Virus record (IMG/VR): IMGVR_UViG_3300037851_000840
Span: 1 to 42,550 of that record
DNA: 42,550 nt
Source: a virus
Taxonomy: Duplodnaviria > Caudoviricetes
Reading direction: 5' to 3' (one strand)
A program made the translations under genes and the position numbers. Under the pieces are notes generated by a model. The model was not told the origin of the DNA. It was given only the letters and a program-made list of their open reading frames with translations, and did not search any database. Below are positions 17,155-26,056 of this stretch, in pieces (the first letter of the stretch is position 1; every line of letters starts with the position of its first letter).

Positions 17155-18620
17155 GGGTTTCAGACATCATGGTATCTCTGATTTCTCTGGTATCTCCACG
17201 GCGAGCGCTTGGATATGCAGCAGGTCATGAAGCAGTTCGTCAATATGTGGCCGGGACGAAAAAGGGAGCGAATAAGCGGTGGAACCCTAAACTGCAAAGC
17301 GCGGATCTTGACCTTTGGAAAGACCGAAAGACTATGGTGGCCAGGTGTCGAGATCTGATTCGGAATTCTCCATATATCGCTGGCGCGGTGCGAAAAATGA
17401 CATCGAACACCGTGCGAGGCGGCATTCAACTTCAAATTTCTAAACAATTCGCCTATTCAGAAACCCTTGAAACCGAGTGGGCGGCATGGAATGCTAAAGC
17501 GGATCGCTCGGGTCATGATTCTTTTAACGCTCTGCAATCCCTGATTTTTAAATCTTTTTGGTATGACGGCGAAATTTTTATTCGCCGAACATGGGAAAAA
17601 GACACTTCAAAAGTCAAAGATCCCCTATTTAACCCCTGTACGATTGAGCTTTTAGAATCTGATTTCTTGGCAGTGAACATTGACGGCGTGGTGGGCGGTA
17701 AAAGCGTTCGGGGCGGCATTGAGCTTGAACCGAACGGAAAACCATCTGCCTATTATTTGTATAGCTCCCACCCCAACGACGTTGTCTCTGCGTCTCCCCA
17801 ACCCGTGCGCGTCCCGGCTTCGGACTGCCTTCATATTTTTATGAGGGAGAGGCCGGGACAAACACGGGGAATCCCCTGGCTGTCTCCCATTGCGTTGGAG
17901 AGCTTTGAGCTGAATGAATATCAGGCATACGAGCGCATCGGCGCTCGGTTGGCTGCGGCTTTTGGGCTTTTCGTCAAATCCAACATTCCGGAGGTGTTTG
18001 GTTCGCCCAATCCTTTTGGAGACACAACCCTGCCCGCGTATATCGAACCGGGCCGCATTCAACCCCTGCCTGCTGGCACAGAAATTCAGGTGGCATCCCA
18101 TAATCGCCCTGGGGATAATTATGCTCCGTATGTGTCTACGTCTCTGCGGAGTATGAGCACAGGCGTAGGAATGTCGAGTGAGGCATTTTCAAACGATTAC
18201 ACTTCAGCGAGCTATTCCAGTGCTCGGCAGGCGGCGTTAGAGGAGCGGATTCAATACCAAAACTATCAGGTTTTTCTGGTGGAGAAGGTCTGCCGTCCCG
18301 TTTTTCAATGGTTTTGTGAGGGGTTATACCTTGCTGGCCGTTTTCCGCAATGGGCCGTTGATCCTGCTGGAATCAAGGCTTCGGCTTTGTGGCAGTGTCC
18401 GGGCTGGCCTTGGATTGATCCCCAAAAAGAAGCGAAGGCGGCGGAGCTTGACTTACAACTTGGAATCACAACGCGAGCAAAACTTGCAGCACAGCGCGGG
18501 GAAGATTGGGAAGATATTTATAGCGCGCTGATAATTGAAAACGAAAAAATGAAAGCATTGAATCCCCAGCAGGTTACGGCGCAACCAGCGGCAAAAAGTG
18601 AGGGTGAACAAGATGGATAA
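17151..18620 (+). CDS. Portal protein, lambda family
   Basis: RCRDLIRNSPY, DGEIF, RPGQTRGIPWLSP, SYSSAR, WPWIDPQKE. Confidence 0.95.
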   Translation: MRVSDIMVSLISLVSPRRALGYAAGHEAVRQYVAGTKKGANKRWNPKLQSADLDLWKDRKTMVARCRDLIRNSPYIAGAVRKMTSNTVRGGIQLQISKQFAYSETLETEWAAWNAKADRSGHDSFNALQSLIFKSFWYDGEIFIRRTWEKDTSKVKDPLFNPCTIELLESDFLAVNIDGVVGGKSVRGGIELEPNGKPSAYYLYSSHPNDVVSASPQPVRVPASDCLHIFMRERPGQTRGIPWLSPIALESFELNEYQAYERIGARLAAAFGLFVKSNIPEVFGSPNPFGDTTLPAYIEPGRIQPLPAGTEIQVASHNRPGDNYAPYVSTSLRSMSTGVGMSSEAFSNDYTSASYSSARQAALEERIQYQNYQVFLVEKVCRPVFQWFCEGLYLAGRFPQWAVDPAGIKASALWQCPGWPWIDPQKEAKAAELDLQLGITTRAKLAAQRGEDWEDIYSALIIENEKMKALNPQQVTAQPAAKSEGEQDG

Positions 18621-20622
18621 ACAAAATAGAGAACGCAGCATCGGGCTGATTTCGCCGGTATCTTTAAATGACGAGGACCGAACGGTTGATGCCGTTTTGA
18701 CAACCGAGGCTCCTGCGCGGGTGTTTGACTGGCAAACAATGGATTTCGGCGATGAAGTGCTTTTAATGCACGGAGCGCAGGTTCCTGAATATGTTCCTTT
18801 GCTGGATACTCATGATCGTTCATCCGTTCGCAATGTGATCGGGTCTGTCCGTGGGTTTATTCCGGCTGAAACCAGCGGTTTCAAGGCTCTGCAGGGGAAG
18901 GTTCAATATTCAGATACCCCAGAGGGGAAAAGCGCATTTCAAAAAACCAAAGAGGGCCATTTGCGGGATTATTCAGTAGGGTATAAAGTCAACCATACCA
19001 CAAGAATTCCCACGAATGAAAAAGCCATGATTGCAGGAAGAGAGTTTACCGGGCCGGTTTCCGTTGTGGATTCCTGGACTTTGAAAGAGGTTTCCGCGGT
19101 TGCCATTGGCGCGGATCAATATGCCAAAGTCCGCTCGGAAGGCATAGGGCAGGCAGTACCGCTTGCCAAAACACAGCATGAGCAAGCGGGAATTTTGCCC
19201 GCGAAAGGAGGACGTATGTCTGATGGTACAGTTATGGAAACAAAATTTGAAGAGAAGAAAGAGGTTTACACGAAAGCAGAAATTGACGCGATGACGGCAG
19301 AGATTACTCGTGCGGCTGAAGATCAGGCGAGAATTGCGGTTGAGCAAGAACGCAGGCGGGCGGCTGAAATTTTTCAGATGTGCAATGCTTTTGGTCTGAA
19401 AGATATTGCCGAAATCCTGACTGCAAGCGGAAAGACAGTGGACGAGGCCAGAAAAGAGGTTTTGGAAACCCTGGTAAAAAATCAACCCCAGATTTCCAGT
19501 CGGGTTGATGTTCTGGCCGATGAAGGCGTGAAGGTGCGGGCGGCCATGATTGACGGTCTTTTTGCACGGGCCAGCGGTCAGGTAAATCTGAAGGATGCAA
19601 CTCCGGGTTATGAAGAATTTCGATCAATGTCTTTGGTTGAATTGGGCAGGGAATGTCTTACTCGTGCAGGGTTCAGTTGTCGGGGATTGAGTAAAAACCA
19701 GATTGCAGAAAAACTGTTGACTCGCGGCATTGTAGCCCAGTCAAGTTATGATTATCCCAAAATTCTTTCGGCTGTAAGCAATAAATCTTTGCAAAAGGCA
19801 TATGCAGAGGCTCCGCAAACCTGGCGACCGTTCGTGAATGTGATTTCTGCGGATGATTTCAAAGATATCTATCGGTTGAATTTTTCCGAGTCTCCCGGTC
19901 TTCTTGAAATCGAAGAAAATGGAGAATATAAAGAAACAACCTTCTCCGAATCTCAGGAAACCTTTGCTTTAAAAACATGGGGAATCCTGATCAGCATTAC
20001 TCGAAAAATGCTTGTCAATGATGATCTCAGCGCTTTTGCCCGTATTCCTGCAGAATTTGGCAAGGCGGCGAAACGAAAAGAAAGTGATATTGTTTATTCT
20101 GTGATTACAACCAACGGTTTAATGGCGGACGGCGTTGCCCTGTTTGCCTCTGGGCACAGCAACTATCACACATCGGGAGATGCGGCTGCTATTACCAGCG
20201 AATCTCTTAGCAAGGCCCGTGCATTGATAGCAAAGCAAACCGGGTTAAAAGGTGCGGTTCTGGATATCATCCCCAAATTCCTGCTTTGCCCATTAGAAAA
20301 AATCACAACGGCTGAGGTACTGCTTCAATCGGCGGCTTTACCGACTGCTGAGTATTCATCTGCAATCTATAATCCTTGGGAAGGAAAATTGATTCCCATT
20401 GCCGATCCTCGGCTTTCAGCTAACAGCACAACTGCATGGTATCTCGTTGCTGACCCGGCGCAGATCGGAACGATTGATGTAGCTTATCTGGATGGAAATC
20501 AGGCCCCCACACTTTCTGAGGAAGAAATGTTTGAGCGGGATGCTGTAAGATTCAAGATTCGGCACGATTTCAACGCTGCGCCGATTGAATATCGCGGCAT
20601 GTATAAAAATACCGGTGCATGA
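18613..20622 (+). CDS. Prohead protease-scaffold-major capsid fusion
   Basis: PLLDTH, YSVGY, EVSAVAIGAD protease motifs; C-terminal capsid motifs ITRKMLVNDDL, AYLDG..P, RHDF. Confidence 0.92.
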   Translation: MDKQNRERSIGLISPVSLNDEDRTVDAVLTTEAPARVFDWQTMDFGDEVLLMHGAQVPEYVPLLDTHDRSSVRNVIGSVRGFIPAETSGFKALQGKVQYSDTPEGKSAFQKTKEGHLRDYSVGYKVNHTTRIPTNEKAMIAGREFTGPVSVVDSWTLKEVSAVAIGADQYAKVRSEGIGQAVPLAKTQHEQAGILPAKGGRMSDGTVMETKFEEKKEVYTKAEIDAMTAEITRAAEDQARIAVEQERRRAAEIFQMCNAFGLKDIAEILTASGKTVDEARKEVLETLVKNQPQISSRVDVLADEGVKVRAAMIDGLFARASGQVNLKDATPGYEEFRSMSLVELGRECLTRAGFSCRGLSKNQIAEKLLTRGIVAQSSYDYPKILSAVSNKSLQKAYAEAPQTWRPFVNVISADDFKDIYRLNFSESPGLLEIEENGEYKETTFSESQETFALKTWGILISITRKMLVNDDLSAFARIPAEFGKAAKRKESDIVYSVITTNGLMADGVALFASGHSNYHTSGDAAAITSESLSKARALIAKQTGLKGAVLDIIPKFLLCPLEKITTAEVLLQSAALPTAEYSSAIYNPWEGKLIPIADPRLSANSTTAWYLVADPAQIGTIDVAYLDGNQAPTLSEEEMFERDAVRFKIRHDFNAAPIEYRGMYKNTGA

Positions 20623-20634
20623 TGAATGCGGCTT

Positions 20635-20657
20635 GTTCCCAAGCAGAGCTTGGGAAC
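20635..20657. repeat. REP-like hairpin
   Basis: GTTCCCAAGC-AGA-GCTTGGGAAC; degenerate relatives at about 10572 and 24420. Confidence 0.7.
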
Positions 20658-20705
20658 GAACGAAATGAGAAGATGACCGGGCAAAAAAGATAAAAGGAGG
20701 CTGTT

Positions 20706-21062
20706 ATGGCTACAAATTTTGTGTGTAATGGTGAAACGTTGACCTATGCGAATGCCGGGGCTGCAATTGCATCCGGCGCTCCGCTTTTGGTGGGTGTTCG
20801 TTTGGGTGTTGCTTTGGGAGATATTGCGGCTACTTCTGGAACCGGTGAAGTTGCGGTTTCCGGAGTGTTTGCTGTGCGGAAGGTAACCGGAGCGATTACA
20901 CAGGGCGCTTTGCTGTATTGGGACGCGGACGCTAACCCTGTTGAGGGTACAGCGGGATCTGGCGCTTTGACTACAACGGCAACAGATAACACCCTTGCCG
21001 GGTTTGCTTATGCGGCTGCGGCTTCTGGGGCTGCTACTGTACAGATTAAATTGAACGCTTGA
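20706..21062 (+). CDS. DUF2190 capsid cement/decoration protein
   Basis: MATNFV..G, GVALGDIA, GVF, LYWD, VQIKLN; follows the capsid gene. Confidence 0.88.
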   Translation: MATNFVCNGETLTYANAGAAIASGAPLLVGVRLGVALGDIAATSGTGEVAVSGVFAVRKVTGAITQGALLYWDADANPVEGTAGSGALTTTATDNTLAGFAYAAAASGAATVQIKLNA

Positions 21063-21068
21063 GATACC

Positions 21069-21214
21069 GTCTGAACCGCAGATGACCATGATATTCATGA
21101 TTTTCATGATATTCATGATTTTTCATCAAGGCAATCATGCAAATCACGGTCATCTGCGGTTCAGACAACAATCTTTGAACCACAGATACCCATGATGACC
21201 ATGATGAACATGAT
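21069..21214. repeat. Miniature inverted-repeat element with 9-bp internal periodicity, followed by a half copy
   Basis: 19-bp TIR GTCTGAACCGCAGATGACC (21069..21087 / 21148..21166) enclosing CATGATWTT repeats; partial copy at 16749. Confidence 0.8.
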
Positions 21215-21231
21215 ATAAAGAGGTGGAATAA

Positions 21232-21522
21232 ATGCCAAAATTAAAAACAGCAATAGCGATCAAAAACCCAGAGATTCCATTTGAAGACACCCAAATTTCT
21301 CTGAGTGCATCCGGAGTAGAAATCAACGGCCAGATGGATTTATCCGTGAATCTAACATTGACACCCTACCGGGCATTGCCTGGGGGAATCATCGAATACG
21401 CTCACGGGTCTGTGATTCGGTACGCCGAAGGGCAGAGCAAGAATGCAGCAAAGGCATTTCAAGATTTAGCGGCAGATATTGAATCCGCAATATCTAAATT
21501 TATGAAGACTAAAGGCCACTAA
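21232..21522 (+). CDS. Hypothetical virion-region protein
   Basis: 96 aa, GAGGT RBS. Confidence 0.7.
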   Translation: MPKLKTAIAIKNPEIPFEDTQISLSASGVEINGQMDLSVNLTLTPYRALPGGIIEYAHGSVIRYAEGQSKNAAKAFQDLAADIESAISKFMKTKGH

Positions 21523-21525
21523 TAT

Positions 21526-23004
21526 ATGGGCGTCATAAATGCCTTGAAAACTGGCAATCATAATGATCCAACCGTATGGCCGGATGAAATCATTCCCGGA
21601 GCATCAGACGATGTACATGCGAATGGATACACAATTACAATCAATGCGAACTGGACAGTTGCCTCCCTTCGCACAACAGCAGGCGGCGGAGGTGTTGCCG
21701 GGGGGAAATTTACCCCAAATTCAGGCGTTGTGATTACAGGCCATGTATATGCTGGCACGGCTTACGGAATTGAGGCATTGTATCCTTTTACACTCGTTGG
21801 AAATGCGTATGGTTCAGATACGCATTCAACTGCAGGAGTCTTTTTTTCAGGATCGGGAACGGTACTGATCATTGGCAATGCGGTTGCCGGGTTGCTGGGT
21901 TATGGTGCGTATGCATACAGTATATCTTCAAAAATCAGTCTGATAGGGAACCCTCTCCCCAGTTCAGGAGCGAACGGATTATATGCGTATTACGGTTCTG
22001 CAGATGTTACGGGGACCGTAACTGGCGGTGCGAGTGCAGTGGCGGCAATAGCAGGCCATCAAAGTCAAAATGCTGGTTTATTCCGCATTTATGGTAATGT
22101 ATCTGGCGGAACAATTGCTGGAGCGCATGGAATTTTCTCTGGTGTAGCTGGTCGTGTTGAAATTTATGGCATTGCTGAGGGCGGTGTTCACGGCGCTTAT
22201 GCTGTTCAGAGTTTTAATGTGGCGAATACATGCAAGGTTTATTCATTAAAATTCGGAGCATCTGGGCAATCTCCGATAGCTGGCCAGGTGCAGTTCATGG
22301 TGCAACCGTCTTCTGTGGTTGATATTTATACAGATTCCGGACAGCGGAATTCGTGTCTGCCATCCCCTTATATTTGCAGTCTTCCGAGTATCACAGACGT
22401 GCGCTCCGGCGTCCAATACGACTACAATACCAAAACAGGAACGTGTGCTGTTCCTGCCTCTGGTTCTGTGGCTCTCGGAGTGCCGGTTGACGCTACAACC
22501 GGGACAGCGGTTCTCACTCCGCAGGCCGTTTGGGAATATACAACTCGGACGTTGACAGCGGGCGGTTTGAGCGCTCAAGAAATTTGGGAATATGTGACGC
22601 GAACTTTGACTGAAAATTTGAGTCAGGAAGAAATTATAGCGGCGGTTCACTCCGCTTTAGATACCTGGGAAAAACCCACAACTCCGCCGATTCCGCCGAT
22701 TGTACTGCCTCCGGATAATCCTGATTTGTGCCGGTTGTCTTTGTTTGTGGCTCCTGATCCAATTACTGAAGAATACCCTGAAACTGTGGATCTTACATGT
22801 AAATTGACCCAATTACCATTTGAAAAAAGCCAAAGGTATTGGCCGGGGAAAGAAACGGATTCGGTGTATGACGCTGATACCGGCGAGGCGTCATGGCTTG
22901 TTCCTCAAGGCTGCACAGTAACCATTCTTTCTGTAGATTATTCTATGAAAAACAAACAGGTAGTGGTTCCGTTATTGGCAACGCATATCATTGAAGAAAT
23001 ATGA
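21526..23004 (+). CDS. Gly-rich fibre-like virion protein
   Basis: G/A/V-rich beta repeats, DVRSGVQY..TGT, twice WEY.TRTLT. Confidence 0.7.
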   Translation: MGVINALKTGNHNDPTVWPDEIIPGASDDVHANGYTITINANWTVASLRTTAGGGGVAGGKFTPNSGVVITGHVYAGTAYGIEALYPFTLVGNAYGSDTHSTAGVFFSGSGTVLIIGNAVAGLLGYGAYAYSISSKISLIGNPLPSSGANGLYAYYGSADVTGTVTGGASAVAAIAGHQSQNAGLFRIYGNVSGGTIAGAHGIFSGVAGRVEIYGIAEGGVHGAYAVQSFNVANTCKVYSLKFGASGQSPIAGQVQFMVQPSSVVDIYTDSGQRNSCLPSPYICSLPSITDVRSGVQYDYNTKTGTCAVPASGSVALGVPVDATTGTAVLTPQAVWEYTTRTLTAGGLSAQEIWEYVTRTLTENLSQEEIIAAVHSALDTWEKPTTPPIPPIVLPPDNPDLCRLSLFVAPDPITEEYPETVDLTCKLTQLPFEKSQRYWPGKETDSVYDADTGEASWLVPQGCTVTILSVDYSMKNKQVVVPLLATHIIEEI

Positions 23005-23333
23005 ATTCAGATTTTACAGAAGACATAGATAGTTGTTTTGATTTGAATGAGTTTGCTGTTTCAGCAACTTATAAGCTGTATGGCGCTCGAACCGGCGCAG
23101 TGATTCCCATTATTTTTGATTATGGCAAACGGTTCGCGGTTGATGGCGAAACATCACGAGAAACCGGAGAGATTGAGCTTCGGGTGTCTGATGTATCTAA
23201 ACCCAAATATCAGGATACGATTACGCTGGGCAGTGATGTCTGGCAGGTGATGCGTGTGGTTTCGGGGGACGATCTGACCTGGAAAGTTGAAGTTGAAAAA
23301 CAGGCATATCCTGTATTTGCGAAACGGTCATAA
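23001..23333 (+). CDS. Head closure (gpFII-like) protein
   Basis: FDLNEFAVSATY, P.YQDTI..W.V; synteny. Confidence 0.75.
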   Translation: MNSDFTEDIDSCFDLNEFAVSATYKLYGARTGAVIPIIFDYGKRFAVDGETSRETGEIELRVSDVSKPKYQDTITLGSDVWQVMRVVSGDDLTWKVEVEKQAYPVFAKRS

Positions 23334-23336
23334 TTT

Positions 23337-23960
23337 ATGAAAATTGCGGTTGATTTTCGGCAGATGGAAGAGTTGTCTGGATGGTTGGCGTCGTTTGGAG
23401 AAGATTCTAAACGGGCCAGGATGTCTGCTTTGAAATCAACCGGGAATATGATTCGCTTGCAGCTGAAAAGGTATTTACGAACCGGAGGGCATGGCCAGTT
23501 AAAACCTTTAAATCTGATGACTCGAAAGGCAAGTCTGAACCAGTTTGGGCGCTGGGAGATCGGTCGGGCAAAAAACAAAAAGCCGTTGTCTGGTTTAGCT
23601 CAATTCGCAAGATATCGAGTAGATTCAAAAGATGAATTCGTTCACATTGATTTAGGCAAAAGCAAGGGAGGACAACCGGGAAGGTTTGACCCCGCGCTTG
23701 CGGCCATGCTTGAAAAGCATCAACAAGGGCAAACGTATAATATCACCGAAAAAATGCAGAGATTTTTTGGCGCTACACGCCAAAAAACATCGAAACGTCC
23801 GGGCCTTGATTTTTTCCCTCTGCGAAAAGATACCTTGAAGCTGATTCTTCCAAAAAGACCGGTGATTGATCCGGTTTTTACACTGGCGGATCCAAAGATT
23901 ATGCCTCATTTTACTGAGAAATTTTTCAAAGCAATTGAACGATATACAAGCGGAAAATAG
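23337..23960 (+). CDS. Tail completion/neck protein (gpZ-like)
   Basis: Basic 207 aa with PKRPVIDP; synteny. Confidence 0.6.
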   Translation: MKIAVDFRQMEELSGWLASFGEDSKRARMSALKSTGNMIRLQLKRYLRTGGHGQLKPLNLMTRKASLNQFGRWEIGRAKNKKPLSGLAQFARYRVDSKDEFVHIDLGKSKGGQPGRFDPALAAMLEKHQQGQTYNITEKMQRFFGATRQKTSKRPGLDFFPLRKDTLKLILPKRPVIDPVFTLADPKIMPHFTEKFFKAIERYTSGK

Positions 23961-23965
23961 AACAA

Positions 23966-24415
23966 ATGAAAACCTCTGAAATGATTCGAGCGATTGCCGA
24001 TGCGCTGGCCAATGACGCGGCCATCAAGTCGTGGTGTAATCAGTATTACAGCCAAAATCAGACCGTATTTGTGGGTCTGGATATGGAAAATCCTCCAAAA
24101 TCTGAATCATTACCCTATTTGGTCATTGTGAATGCTTCGGAAGATCCAAACCCGGAGTATCGTTCATGGGAAATTTCGATTGGGATGTGTATTGCGGAAT
24201 CTGAGATAGACACCCAGCAGAACGGGGTAACGGTTCAAAATGGATTTTTGAAAATTGAAGATCTGAGAGATCTGGTCAATGACTGTTTCAGGGGATTGAG
24301 AGATTTTGAAATTGAAATGAATGCAGAGACATATCGGGAAAGTATTTTCCCATTGTTTGCGTGTGTACTGACTGCCTCCGTCAAATGGATGCGGTCTCGT
24401 AGGAAATATAACTAA
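23966..24415 (+). CDS. Tail terminator-like protein
   Basis: 149 aa directly before the major tail gene. Confidence 0.6.
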   Translation: MKTSEMIRAIADALANDAAIKSWCNQYYSQNQTVFVGLDMENPPKSESLPYLVIVNASEDPNPEYRSWEISIGMCIAESEIDTQQNGVTVQNGFLKIEDLRDLVNDCFRGLRDFEIEMNAETYRESIFPLFACVLTASVKWMRSRRKYN

Positions 24416-24474
24416 TCGCCTATCCCCAAGTTTGAGCTTTGGGACGAGCGGATTGAGAAGGAGGAAAAAAGAAC

Positions 24475-25476
24475 ATGGGACTGGCATCGAACACATCGAA
24501 AAATTTGTTGCCCAATGGACGCGGCTATCTGCTGTTCAAAAAGACAGGAGAAACCGGGCAGTATGATTTCGGTGAGACTCCGAAATTTGAGTTTACGCCG
24601 CATGTGAAGGAAGAGATGGTTTATTCTTCCCGCGCTGGCGTTAAAGAGATTATTGATCAATATCAGTCTGAAAAAGGCGCGACGGCAGAGTTTGAAATTA
24701 TTGAATATAGTGTTGAGTCTCTGGCCATGCTGCAATTCGCATCTGGAGTTGCTGCGGCTTCTCAGATTGCCGCGCAACTGGACGCAGTTTCAAAGACTGT
24801 GATCGGGGGCAGGTATATTGATTTGGGAAAAATGAAGTTGAGTTATTTTAAAATTACTCATGGGACTGTGACGAACGGGCCGTTTGATGTAGGCGAAACG
24901 GTAACCGGCGGCACAAGCACCAAAACAGCAAAGGTGGCGTGGGTTGGCAGCGGGTATCTTGCCTGTATCAATCAGTCGGGAGCGTTTGCTTTGAATGAAA
25001 CGATTACCGGCGGAACCAGTGCGGCCACAGCCACGGTTACCGCGTTGGAAAACCCGTCGGACGTGATTTTGTTGGATCATGCCACCATTCCCACAAAACG
25101 CTATGTTTTGGGTACGGATTATGAACTGCTTTCTCTGGCTGGCAGGCTGTTTGCGCCAAAGACCGGCGGGGGGATTACTTTGACGAATAACGAAGCGGCT
25201 GTCTATGTTTCTGCAGACGCGGCAGGAATGGCTTACGAAGAAATTTCTCCACTTACCGAGGCATATCTTGAGGGTGAACTGGAGTTTCTTGGGAATCCAG
25301 ATCGAGGCCCTGTTATTCGAACAATTGGGTGGAAATGCCGGTTGACCATAAGCGGAGCCATCGGGTTGATCGCAGACGGCCATAAACCCCTGGGCGTTAA
25401 GGTCGAATACCTGGCGGATCGTTCGGGTCATCCGGATTGCCCGTATTACAAAACCACATTCCTTGAAAATCGTTAA
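24475..25476 (+). CDS. Major tail tube protein with inserted repeat domain
   Basis: GRGYLLF, EGELEFLGNPDRGP; two ET.TGGTS.TA.V repeats. Confidence 0.8.
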   Translation: MGLASNTSKNLLPNGRGYLLFKKTGETGQYDFGETPKFEFTPHVKEEMVYSSRAGVKEIIDQYQSEKGATAEFEIIEYSVESLAMLQFASGVAAASQIAAQLDAVSKTVIGGRYIDLGKMKLSYFKITHGTVTNGPFDVGETVTGGTSTKTAKVAWVGSGYLACINQSGAFALNETITGGTSAATATVTALENPSDVILLDHATIPTKRYVLGTDYELLSLAGRLFAPKTGGGITLTNNEAAVYVSADAAGMAYEEISPLTEAYLEGELEFLGNPDRGPVIRTIGWKCRLTISGAIGLIADGHKPLGVKVEYLADRSGHPDCPYYKTTFLENR

Positions 25477-25486
25477 TTGATTCTCC

Positions 25487-25531
25487 ATCTGCCGGGCGGG
25501 TTTTGCCCGGCAGATTTTCCCTTCTTTTTTT
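25487..25531 (+). terminator. Rho-independent terminator-like hairpin
   Basis: ATCTGCCGGGC-loop-GCCCGGCAGAT followed by a T-rich tract. Confidence 0.75.
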
Positions 25532-25550
25532 TCTTTTCAGGAGTTTTTTC

Positions 25551-25964
25551 ATGAGTGACAACTACAGGTTAAAAACGGTTTATCGTGTGAATGGTAGAGA
25601 TATTGAAATCTCTGAATTAACCGTCGGGCAGATCAAATCTTTGATTCCACAATATGAGAAAGATTTTTTGCCGAACATGGAATCGCTGGTTGAAACCGCG
25701 TGCGGATTGAAATCGAGTGATATAGACCAGCTATCACCTTCTCAATTGAAAGGGTTATATGCAAAATTCAAGGAGGTGAATGCGGATTTTTTCGGTGTGA
25801 TCCGGGCTCTGGGGTTGATCGAGCCGATGGTCCGGGTGTGGAACGAGTTGAAAAAACACTGCACGAATCACTTGATTGGACAGTTTGCCGTCTTATTCGG
25901 GCCGGACACCGGAACCCCTTCAGATATGGATGGACTTTCTTCAGACGAGCAATTGATGAGTTGA
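25551..25964 (+). CDS. Tail assembly chaperone (gpG-like)
   Basis: ELTVGQI, PSQL, KEVNADFF; between tail tube and tape measure; AGGAG RBS before ATG 25551. Confidence 0.8.
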   Translation: MSDNYRLKTVYRVNGRDIEISELTVGQIKSLIPQYEKDFLPNMESLVETACGLKSSDIDQLSPSQLKGLYAKFKEVNADFFGVIRALGLIEPMVRVWNELKKHCTNHLIGQFAVLFGPDTGTPSDMDGLSSDEQLMS

Positions 25965-25967
25965 TTG

Positions 25968-26039
25968 AGGCGCAAGCAAAGTGACAAAGGCGCAAAGTTT
26001 TTTTGCTTTGTGCCTCCGCGCCTCTGCGCCTTTGTTACT
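25968..26039. repeat. 8-bp periodic inverted repeat element
   Basis: GGCRCARA units facing TGYGCCTC units; relatives at 31615..31692 and 35930..35980. Confidence 0.7.
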
Positions 26040-26056
26040 TCTTTTAAGGAACTCAA

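Noticed and set aside
21069-21214. CRISPR array
   Set aside because: Short 9-bp tandem units within inverted repeats; no repeat-spacer structure and no cas genes.
24790-25488. Long antisense ORFs (also 30879..31646, 20499..21116 and similar)
   Set aside because: They shadow well-supported plus-strand structural genes and have no motifs or RBS.
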